From assembly GCA_963727445.1 (NCBI GenBank), contig CAVSGI010000020.1, positions 512,001 to 576,000 on the forward strand: 64,000 bases of DNA. The letters run 5' to 3'. The position numbers and the translations under genes were made by a program. Below the pieces are notes generated by a model. The model did no database searches. It had not been told where the DNA came from and was given only the letters and a program-made list of their open reading frames with translations. Each line of letters starts with the position of its first letter. Position 1 is the first letter of the stretch. Of this stretch, positions 9,252-17,369 are shown piece by piece. The DNA comes from an uncultured delta proteobacterium (GTDB lineage Bacteria; Myxococcota_A; Polyangia; Polyangiales; B10-G4).

Positions 9252-10594
9252 TTCTTTCGAAGCAGCAGATGCGCGACGCCGGGACGACCCTTGGTGTCCT
9301 TCACCTGATTCACCCGCTCGACGACGAGACCTTGTCTTTCGAACCACGCGGACAGCTCCTCGAGCTCGTAGCGGCGACTGTAGAGCATCGTCACTGTACG
9401 CCCCTCGTCCTTGATGAGCAGATCGTGGCAGAAATTGAGCGAGCGCGGGACGCGGCTCGAATCATCGTCCTCGCGCACGATGACACGCATCTCGAGGTCG
9501 CTCGGCTTGCGCCCGCGCGCGGCTTCCCAGCGGCGGTAGGGGCCTTCGAGGAGCAGCCGCCGATTCGCTTCGGCCGCGGTCTCTTCCCGCTCGGTGTCCG
9601 TGAGCCGAAAGAGCGGATCCTTCTCGACCCGATCGGGCCTGAGCCCCACCTCGATCCAGAGCAGATCCCCCGAGCGCATCAGCACGTCGACCTTCTCGCG
9701 CAGGAACGTCTCCTCGTCGCGCACGTTGCCGAAGACGTTGCCGAGGATGAGGATCAGCCTCAGGCCATCCTCCGCGGGCAGACGGCTCGTCGGCATGCGG
9801 CCGAGGAAGCTCAGAGGGCCCTCCTCGAAGTCGGCGCAGCAGGCGATCACCGAGCCGTGGCTCGCCCCCCGATTCGACAGCGTCTTGCGCGTGTCCTGCG
9901 CCGCGCGCGAGAGCAGCGCGATGGAGACATCGGCCAGACAGAGGCTCAGCCACGGCAGCGTCTGGTTCTTCTCCTTTTCGAGATCGAGGAGGCGGTTCAA
10001 GAGGCGCACCTCCTTGCCGCCTTCCCCGGGGCCGAGGCTGATCACGTCGAGGCCGCGGACCCGCGCCTTGGGCGCAAAGCCCATCGCGTCGGCGATGGGG
10101 CCCTTGGCCTGGCCCCGTGTCCCGCGCGAAGGGTCGAGCCACTCCTCGGCGCGCTCCTCCACGCCGCGCAGCCACGCGGATTGCTCGTAACCCGTCCGGA
10201 TCAGGTTCTCCCAGGCGAGCGCGCCCTGGGGCTCGAAGTAGAGGAAGCGGTGGCCGAGGTAGTCGTAGTGGATGCGGTCGCGGAGCTGGCGCTGCAGGGC
10301 CGACGGCCCCGAGCCGTTCTCCACCTCGACCGCCACCAGCCCGAGGTCGGGATCGATCGACAGGTCGCCCGCGCGCATGCGCAGCGCCTCGATCCGCGCT
10401 GCCAGGCCGCGCTTCACGGCCGCGAGCTTCTGCGGCTTGAGGTTCTGTACCGAGCCCGAGCGCCAGTTGGCCACGTTCTCCACGCTCACGCCCGCGAGGG
10501 CCGCGACGTCCTTGTCGGATTCGATGCCCAGCTCGCACGCGATCGTCAGGAAGAGATCGATGAGCTGGCTCGGCGTCTTTTCCTTCTTCACCAC
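9248..10594 (-). CDS. XRE-like HTH fused to EgtD-like (Methyltransf_33) SAM-dependent methyltransferase
   Basis: N-terminal SDKDVAALAGVSVENVANWRSG helix-turn-helix; later VISLGPGEGGKE, LADVS, ADFE, RLILILGNVFGN, GDLLWIEV, YSRRY in the same order as EgtD motifs. Confidence 0.75.
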   Translation of the reverse strand: MVKKEKTPSQLIDLFLTIACELGIESDKDVAALAGVSVENVANWRSGSVQNLKPQKLAAVKRGLAARIEALRMRAGDLSIDPDLGLVAVEVENGSGPSALQRQLRDRIHYDYLGHRFLYFEPQGALAWENLIRTGYEQSAWLRGVEERAEEWLDPSRGTRGQAKGPIADAMGFAPKARVRGLDVISLGPGEGGKEVRLLNRLLDLEKEKNQTLPWLSLCLADVSIALLSRAAQDTRKTLSNRGASHGSVIACCADFEEGPLSFLGRMPTSRLPAEDGLRLILILGNVFGNVRDEETFLREKVDVLMRSGDLLWIEVGLRPDRVEKDPLFRLTDTEREETAAEANRRLLLEGPYRRWEAARGRKPSDLEMRVIVREDDDSSRVPRSLNFCHDLLIKDEGRTVTMLYSRRYELEELSAWFERQGLVVERVNQVKDTKGRPGVAHLLLRKK

Positions 10595-10601
10595 GTTCGC
10601 C

Positions 10602-11726
10602 TCAGCCCTCGGTTTCCTTCATGGCCCGCTGGATCACGGTCCAGGTGGCGCCCGCGTCGGTGGTGACGTCGTCCCAGCGCCCGGAGAAGCGACCACAGAA
10701 CGAGCTCTTGAGCACTTCGGGGAGCATGCGCCGCTGATTGTCCGCCATCAGCGGGTGCTTGAGATAGATGCAGACCTCTTCGGTCGCGCGCACCGACAGG
10801 CTCGCCGCGAGCTCGGGCGAGCGCCGCACGGCGTCGGCGATGCTCACGATCTCCTCGATCAGCCCCTTGCCCAGCTCGGGATGGCGGGCGCGGAGGATCT
10901 TCACCTCTTCTTCGACTGGCGGATAGTCCATCTGAAGCGGGGCGAAGCGATCGAGCTGCGCGGCGTCGATGCCGAAGGTCGCCGTGAACTCCGAGCCGCG
11001 GTTCACGGCGGCGATGAATTGGACGTTGTCGGGGATCTCCATGAAGCGGTTCTCGGTCGGATGAAAGAGCTTGCGCGTCGTGTCGAGCGCCGGCATCAGC
11101 GCGTTGCGCGCGCTCTCCTGGCAGCGGTTCAGCTCGTCGAGGAAGACGAGGTAGCGCTTGTCGGGATGGTGGACCGCGTCTTCGAGGGCTTCGAGGAGGT
11201 CGGTCTTGATGAAGTCGGTCACCGGCTGACCCGTTTCCGAAGCCCGCACCTGGATGGTGGCGAGAAAGTCGCTCGCCTCGACGACCGCGCCGCAATTGAA
11301 GAAGACGAACTCGAGGCCGAGGGACTGGGCGATGGAGCGCGCCAGCGTGGTCTTGCCGCATCCCTGGGGCCCGTCGAGGAGGATGTTCAGGCCAGACTCG
11401 AGGAGCACCTGGAGCTTCTTCGAGACGATCGGGTCGAGCCAGACGCCCTCGATGCGAAAGGGCGCGGGGCGCACGTAGCTCACCTCGATGGCGCCGCGGT
11501 CGGGGCGGTCGGCCTTGGTGATCTTGTCGATCTTCACGAGGCACGGGACGCCCGGCATCACCCGCGCGTCGTCCGAGAGCACCACCTTCGGCGCGCGTCG
11601 TCCGTCGAGGTGCGTGGCGCGATAGCGGAACTTCGAGTCCTCGACGGGGTTGGCCCAGAAGGTCGACTCCATCACGTCGCCGACCTTGATCTCTTCGAGC
11701 GTCAGCTTCCCTACAGTCGTGCTCAC
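10602..11726 (-). CDS. MoxR/CbbQ-NorQ-type AAA+ ATPase with an extra N-terminal beta domain
   Basis: Walker A GPQGCGKT (11349-11372), Walker B VFLDELNR, NALMPALD, FIAAVN, AAQLDRF; GGAGAAG RBS. Confidence 0.9.
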   Translation of the reverse strand: MSTTVGKLTLEEIKVGDVMESTFWANPVEDSKFRYRATHLDGRRAPKVVLSDDARVMPGVPCLVKIDKITKADRPDRGAIEVSYVRPAPFRIEGVWLDPIVSKKLQVLLESGLNILLDGPQGCGKTTLARSIAQSLGLEFVFFNCGAVVEASDFLATIQVRASETGQPVTDFIKTDLLEALEDAVHHPDKRYLVFLDELNRCQESARNALMPALDTTRKLFHPTENRFMEIPDNVQFIAAVNRGSEFTATFGIDAAQLDRFAPLQMDYPPVEEEVKILRARHPELGKGLIEEIVSIADAVRRSPELAASLSVRATEEVCIYLKHPLMADNQRRMLPEVLKSSFCGRFSGRWDDVTTDAGATWTVIQRAMKETEG

Positions 11727-11735
11727 CGTCTTCTC

Positions 11736-14700
11736 CTACGCTGCCATCGCCTTTTTGACCAGGCCAGCGATGATGTTCCCGAAACGCCGCACGGCGACGT
11801 CGAATTCGTCCTCCATCACCTCGACGTAGTGAGGGAAGCACTTCTCGGCCAGGGGCCGCACCGCGACCTGCGCGCAGCACATCCCCTCGCGGCGGCTGAG
11901 GCGGGTGACCAGCGCTTTGAGCGCAGCCACCGAGCATTCGGTGGGCAGACCGTCGCTGATCATCACCAGGAGCTTCGCGCGGCGCGAGGAGGCGCGGGCC
12001 ACTCGCGAGACGTGGAAGAGCGCCGCGGCGTCGTTGTTGCCCCCGCCCGCGTTCAACGAGGCGACCGCGGGGCGACGCGCGTTGCCCGCGTCGTAGATGA
12101 CACGGTCGGTGAAGCCGAAGAGGCGGACGTCGATGCCCGGCAGGCCGCGGGCCGCGTCGGCCAGGAGCACGCCGAAGGCACGCGCTCGCTCCATGCTCCG
12201 GCCGTGCATCGAGCCGGAGCAATCGATGATGATGCCGAGGAAGAGATCGCTGGTCACCTCGGTCTCGCGCGAGATCAGCATGCGGGGATCGCGTCGGGTC
12301 ACGACCGCCGTCGCCCGGGAGCGATCGAAGCGGCGGCCTTTCAGGCGCATACGCCGCTGGACCAGCGACAGCCCGAGGTCGGCCAGGTAGCGCCGCATGT
12401 GGCGGGCGTGTCGCGCGACGCGGCGGCTCTCTTCGCGGTGGCGCGCCGCGTCGTAGGGCACGTGCTCGATCTGGGTGATGAGATCGAAGCGCTCGTCGGG
12501 GTTCACGTTGAGGATCAGCTTGCCGCCCGGGCTCGCCGGGCCGTCTCTGCCGCGCCTCGGGTCGAGGACGCGCTCGACTTCGCGCTGCACCTCGTCGTCC
12601 TCGATCCCCTCGCCGTGGATGATCCGATCGGCGCCGTCCTCGCCGAGGGCTTCGTGTCCGCCGAAGCTCTCCATGATGCTCACCTCGGAGCCAAACATCT
12701 CTCGCAGCCGATAGCTGATGGCGAGGAGGCTCCGCATGTCCCCCTTGCGGAAGGACTTGTCGAACATCTCGAGGGCCTGTGCGACGAGGGGATCGCCGTG
12801 GCGCTTGCCGAGCCCCATGCGGAGCGCGCGTACGAACATCGCGAAGCGCATCCCCGTGCGCTCCATCTCGCTCAGGAGCGAGCCGTTGTCGATGCGCACC
12901 GACGCTGGGTTGCGCGCGACGCCGAGACGGATGCGGGTCAGCACGGCGAAGGCCCGGCTCTGGAGCATGTCGAAGAGGGTGAAGACCGGCAGCTCGCGAG
13001 CGGAGTGGGCGAAGGCGTAGGCCACCAGCCGCTTGAGTCGATCGCCGTAGGCCGCGTCCGTCGCGCGGAGGTTTCGCTCGAGGTGCTCGTCGGCGACGAG
13101 GTTCAGAAGGCCGTGGATGCCCTCCATCTGCGCCTCGGCCCAGACCTTCGCCTCCTCGTCTCCCCAGTGATAGACGTGGTGGCCGATCTCGTGGAGCACG
13201 AGCGCCTCGACGATCTCGCGCCCGTGGCGCTCCTCACGCAGCAGGGGTAGCGGGCTCACGTGAATGCGATTGTCGCTCAGGCGCGTGTAGCCGAGGCCGC
13301 GGCCGCCGATCATGTGGAAACGGAAAACCCGGCCGGTGAGCTCGCGCCCCACGCGGACGCCCCAGGCGAAGGTGTCGGCGATGGCGAGGAGCTTTCGCGT
13401 GCGGCTGGGCTTGCGGGCGAGGCGCTGCACCACCGCCTGCCGCAGAGCGTCGTTCTGACACTCGGTGAGCAGCAGGGTGAGCAGCGCGTCCCGCACCTCG
13501 CGCGGCGTCTGCTCGTGGTCGAGGAGGGTGAGGACCTTCTGTTCGTTGGCGAGCTTGGGACCGGCGAAGAGGGCGGCGTGGGCCACGATCTCGAGTAGGC
13601 GCGGCTCGAGCCCGACGAGGAGCGACGCCTCGACCACCTCGCCGCGGAAGTGCTCGGCGACGAGGATGGGGTAGCCGAGGACGTCGCCGCAGCGAAGCAG
13701 GGCCGCCGCGGCGCGCCTCCGCAGATCGCCGATACGCTTGGTGCCCTGACGGAGGAAGGCGCGCAGCGCTTCGTCGTCCGCGTCGTTCGAGAGACCCTCT
13801 TCTTCGCGGCCGAGGAGCAGCTCGACCGCCGGTCGATAGGCGTGCGGATGGGGCGAGACGGTGAGCCGACGCGCGAGCGCCAGCGGGTCGCCGCCCGACT
13901 TTTCGAGCCGCATCCAGTCTTCGGTGCGAAACCACGAGCCCGACTCGGCGTTCGCGGCAGCGATGGCGCTCTCGAGCTCGGCCGCTTCGCCTCGTTCGAG
14001 GAGGCCGAGGGCGAGGCGGAAGCGGAGCTCGGGGTCGGTCGCGGCGTCGCGGGTGAGCGCGTGCAGCGCTTCGAGGTGCGGCGAGTCCGGCCAGAGCGCG
14101 ATGCTGTCCGCGATGGCCGACCACTCGACGGGCCGGGTCTCGCCGGTGAGCAGGCGCACCAGTCGCGCGATCCCCTCGTCGCCCAGCTCGACCAGACGCA
14201 GCGTGGCTTCGTGAACGACCTTCGGGTTCTTATCGCGGCAGTGCGCCTCGAGCGCGTCGAGATCCGTGAGCGCGGCGATCGTTTCGAGGAGCCTCTCTTC
14301 GGGTGGGGGCCGGTGAACGCGGCGCGCGCGGGCACGGGGAGGTAGGCCGCTCGCCGAGATCCACGGGGCGAGGACTCGGCGGGTCTCGTCGTCGAAATCC
14401 GTCATGCGCGCGGCCACCGCCGTTCGTCGTGCGTGGAGCGCCGGCAGGCCGATGCGCGCGTCGTGGAAGGCCATCAGGATCGCGGCGGCGTGTCGTCCGA
14501 GCTCCGTGTCGAGGGCGTCGACGGAGAGATCGAGGAGCGCGTCGTCGAGCAACGCTTCGAGGCGCCCGCGATCGCGCCACCGCCAGATCGACAGCACCCG
14601 CGCGACCGCGGCGAGGGCGCTCTGCCGGATGGTCTTCGACGGGGCGGCCAACAGGTCGGCGATGCCCGCCGTCACCCCGCCCTCGAAGGCCGCGAGCCCC

Positions 14701-16802
14701 TCCATGAAGGCGAAGGCGTGCGGCTCGAATCGGTAGAGGAAGGCGTGGCCCAGAGGCGGCAGGTTCTTCGCCGAGCGCCACACGGAGATCGCCCCCTCGG
14801 CGAAGGCGCGCCGGAAGCCCGCGTCGTCCTCGGCGTAACGCTCGAGCATGACGGCGACCGCGTCGGGCGCGTCGTGACTGCCGAGGAGCGCCACGCACGC
14901 GGCGCGGCACGGCGCTGGCGGGGGACCGCGCCGCGCGAGGGCCTCGGTCAGACCCCGATGCGGCCCCGATAGGCACGGTTGGAGCGCGTCTTCGAGGGCC
15001 GCCTCCGTCGCGTCAACGATCTGCCGTTCCACTTCCGGCGGCAGGAGCACGACCTCGGCGTCCCGACGGGCAGGGACCGGGGCCTCCTTCTTCGAAGGAA
15101 GGCGCGCCGCCGCCCAGTCGGCGATGGCCGGGGAGACGTGAGTCGCCAGCTCGTGCGCGAGGGCGAGCTCTTTGCCCCAGGGAACGGTGGTCGCGTGCGG
15201 CAGCACCTCGAGGAGCTTCTTCAGCTTCGGCGTGGGGAGCGCGCTCACCCGGCCGACCCACGCTTCGGCGCTCTCGCGCTTCGCGACGCCGCCGAGGGTC
15301 GCGAGGCCGACCGGGCTCTGCGCGGGATCGGGCAGATCGAGGAAGATCTGGAAGAAGCGATCCAGGTGCGCGTCGTCCAGCACCTCGGCGAGGCGCGAGG
15401 CCACCCGCTCGATCTTGTTGACGGCGAGGCGCGGCGACAGCGTCGGCTCGAGGCGCGCGAGGCGCTCGAAGCAGTCGAGGAGCGTCTCGGCGCTCATCGC
15501 GTCGAGGAAGAAGAGCTCGTCGGCCTGCGCCGCCTGCACCAGGAAGGCCAGGACCTCGCCGCGTCGCGAGGGCGCCTTGCCGACGATCAACGCCATCAGC
15601 CATTTGCGGCCTTTGGAGGAGGTGTCGAGGAGCGTGAGGAAGGGCGCGTTGCGCTTCATGTCGGTGAGGAACGCCGAGATGACCTCGTCGACGTCGAGCC
15701 ATCCCCAGAGCGCCGAATAGGGGTTGCTGCGGCAGTAGTGGAGCACCGCGCCCAGCGCCCAGACGTCGAGCACGTCCTTCCTGGGGCGGACCAGGTCGCT
15801 CTTCACCAGCGTCACGACCTGCTCGTCGTTGATACGGGGGATGCGGCGGCCGTTTTCGTAGACGCGCTCGAGCGAGGAGTAGCGAACGTCGCGGGGGACC
15901 CAGGGCGCCGTCAGGAAGGCGGGGAAGAAGAGCGCGCAGATCCCGGCGGCGCGCGGCAGAAACCAACGGCGGCGCCGGAAGGAGACGAGGAGCGAGGCCA
16001 CCACCCGACGGCGGAGCGGGAAGGGAACACCGAAGAGCGCGGTCTCGAGCTGCGCGAAGAAGGTCTCGCGCACCGCTTCGTCGGCATCGTCGTCGAGGAA
16101 GAGCGAGAAGAGATCGTCCAGGGCGTCGGCCTGATCCGTGTCGGTGTCGCCCCTGGCCGTCAGGATGCGATGGACCTCGCTCGGACTCCGGCGATGGCTG
16201 CGGGCGAGCCAGGCGGCCGTCTGCGGCCAGGCGATCTTCGAGAGCCACAGGCGCGCTTCGTCGCGGGTGACGACGCCCGATGCGGCGAAGTCGAGGAGCG
16301 CGGGGATGGCGTTGGGCGGGACCTCGACGCCCCGGGCACGGATGGCGCCGGCGATCGATTCGTCGGCGAGGAGAAAGAAGGCGTAGCTCGCCGCGCCGAC
16401 AGGTGCGCCGCCTGTGGCGGCGGCGCGCCGCACCTCGGGATCGGCGTGAAAGAGCGCGTGCACCCAGCGGAGGGGCTGCTCCGTGGCGGAGGTATGAAGC
16501 GCCGACAGCGCGGAGATCTTCACGGCGGGATCGCCGTCGTCGAGGGCACCGACCATCGCCGGCCAAGCGCTCGGCCCTTCGGCGCCGGCCACCACTGCGA
16601 GCGCCGCGGCGCGAACGCGCGCGTCGGGATGATTCAGCACCCGCGGCATCAATCCGAGGAAGACGACCCGCATGTGAAGCGGCTCCCGCGCGAGCTCTTC
16701 GAGGAGACCCGCGAGGTGCTGACCCTCGTGCAGCTCGGCCCGGAGGTGCGGCTCCATCCGTTCGTCGTGGGCGAGGAGCCAGAAGAGATCGAGATCGCGC
16801 AT
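11736..16802 (-). CDS. giant HEAT-repeat / zincin HExxH / vWA domain protein
   Basis: N-terminal HEAT repeats (HPDARVRAAAL..DDGDPAVKISALSAL); HEIGH (13179-13193) followed by LLNLVADEHLE; C-terminal vWA with MIDAS DCSGS (12210-12224) and ISDGLP. Confidence 0.85.
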   Translation of the reverse strand: MRDLDLFWLLAHDERMEPHLRAELHEGQHLAGLLEELAREPLHMRVVFLGLMPRVLNHPDARVRAAALAVVAGAEGPSAWPAMVGALDDGDPAVKISALSALHTSATEQPLRWVHALFHADPEVRRAAATGGAPVGAASYAFFLLADESIAGAIRARGVEVPPNAIPALLDFAASGVVTRDEARLWLSKIAWPQTAAWLARSHRRSPSEVHRILTARGDTDTDQADALDDLFSLFLDDDADEAVRETFFAQLETALFGVPFPLRRRVVASLLVSFRRRRWFLPRAAGICALFFPAFLTAPWVPRDVRYSSLERVYENGRRIPRINDEQVVTLVKSDLVRPRKDVLDVWALGAVLHYCRSNPYSALWGWLDVDEVISAFLTDMKRNAPFLTLLDTSSKGRKWLMALIVGKAPSRRGEVLAFLVQAAQADELFFLDAMSAETLLDCFERLARLEPTLSPRLAVNKIERVASRLAEVLDDAHLDRFFQIFLDLPDPAQSPVGLATLGGVAKRESAEAWVGRVSALPTPKLKKLLEVLPHATTVPWGKELALAHELATHVSPAIADWAAARLPSKKEAPVPARRDAEVVLLPPEVERQIVDATEAALEDALQPCLSGPHRGLTEALARRGPPPAPCRAACVALLGSHDAPDAVAVMLERYAEDDAGFRRAFAEGAISVWRSAKNLPPLGHAFLYRFEPHAFAFMEGLAAFEGGVTAGIADLLAAPSKTIRQSALAAVARVLSIWRWRDRGRLEALLDDALLDLSVDALDTELGRHAAAILMAFHDARIGLPALHARRTAVAARMTDFDDETRRVLAPWISASGLPPRARARRVHRPPPEERLLETIAALTDLDALEAHCRDKNPKVVHEATLRLVELGDEGIARLVRLLTGETRPVEWSAIADSIALWPDSPHLEALHALTRDAATDPELRFRLALGLLERGEAAELESAIAAANAESGSWFRTEDWMRLEKSGGDPLALARRLTVSPHPHAYRPAVELLLGREEEGLSNDADDEALRAFLRQGTKRIGDLRRRAAAALLRCGDVLGYPILVAEHFRGEVVEASLLVGLEPRLLEIVAHAALFAGPKLANEQKVLTLLDHEQTPREVRDALLTLLLTECQNDALRQAVVQRLARKPSRTRKLLAIADTFAWGVRVGRELTGRVFRFHMIGGRGLGYTRLSDNRIHVSPLPLLREERHGREIVEALVLHEIGHHVYHWGDEEAKVWAEAQMEGIHGLLNLVADEHLERNLRATDAAYGDRLKRLVAYAFAHSARELPVFTLFDMLQSRAFAVLTRIRLGVARNPASVRIDNGSLLSEMERTGMRFAMFVRALRMGLGKRHGDPLVAQALEMFDKSFRKGDMRSLLAISYRLREMFGSEVSIMESFGGHEALGEDGADRIIHGEGIEDDEVQREVERVLDPRRGRDGPASPGGKLILNVNPDERFDLITQIEHVPYDAARHREESRRVARHARHMRRYLADLGLSLVQRRMRLKGRRFDRSRATAVVTRRDPRMLISRETEVTSDLFLGIIIDCSGSMHGRSMERARAFGVLLADAARGLPGIDVRLFGFTDRVIYDAGNARRPAVASLNAGGGNNDAAALFHVSRVARASSRRAKLLVMISDGLPTECSVAALKALVTRLSRREGMCCAQVAVRPLAEKCFPHYVEVMEDEFDVAVRRFGNIIAGLVKKAMAA

Positions 16803-16870
16803 CGGCGGGAGGGCGATCCTGCCATTAAAGTCGTCGATTCGACGCGAGGGGTTGCGCGCTGACGAATCGG

Positions 16871-17305
16871 TCTTACCCGTGGTCTTCCTCCCTGCGGAAG
16901 GGGGTTCAACGTGATCTCGTGTTCATTTTGCCCAACAGTCGAAGACACACAGTCGACGGGTGGTTGCGGTGCCCACCGCGGCCGGTGAGATCGTGAGCCA
17001 TCCCTTCTTCACGCGGTAAGAGGACGAGCCCTTCCAATTGCGGGGGGCCCTCGGGCCGCGCCCGCATGGCGGCTTCTCGGGTGGGAGCAGCCGGGCGCGG
17101 CGCTCGGTGCGCTTTGTGACCACCGCGGCGCTGGTGTTTCACCGGCGCCATGCGCGCCTTTGAGCCGGACCGATGGTCCGCCGAGCGATCGAAAGATCCC
17201 TCCCATGCAGCCGATGAATGAGGGGTGCGCGCTCTCGGCTCGAGCTTCGTTCGATGGCCAGTGGCGTGGCGACTTGCGCCCACGGCCCCACAGAACAGGC
17301 TCGCG
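16871..17305 (+). ncRNA. candidate large structured non-coding RNA (class unknown)
   Basis: More than 10 nested stems in a 567-bp intergenic gap, a GAAA tetraloop, and G-U pairs that form on the + strand; no convincing ORF. Boundaries are approximate. Confidence 0.55.
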
Positions 17306-17369
17306 CGGAGTGCGCTGCATCCCGCCGAGTCGCGGCTGGCACCCCAGCGACCCGTCGACGAGCGTAGTC

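Noticed and set aside
16852..16880. TTGCGC-N16-TACCCG as the promoter of the RNA candidate
   Set aside because: Weak match, and the putative -10 lies inside the predicted outer stem, so it cannot be supported.
16906..17283. 125-aa minus-strand ORF and other short ORFs in the intergenic gap
   Set aside because: Arg/Pro/Ala-rich composition typical of non-coding frames, and no motif.
16871..17305. Assignment as canonical rnpB, tmRNA or 6S RNA
   Set aside because: No exact GAGGAAAGTCC on either strand, no tRNA-like TCCACCA end, and not in the usual zapA/ygfA 6S context. Left unclassified pending an Rfam search.
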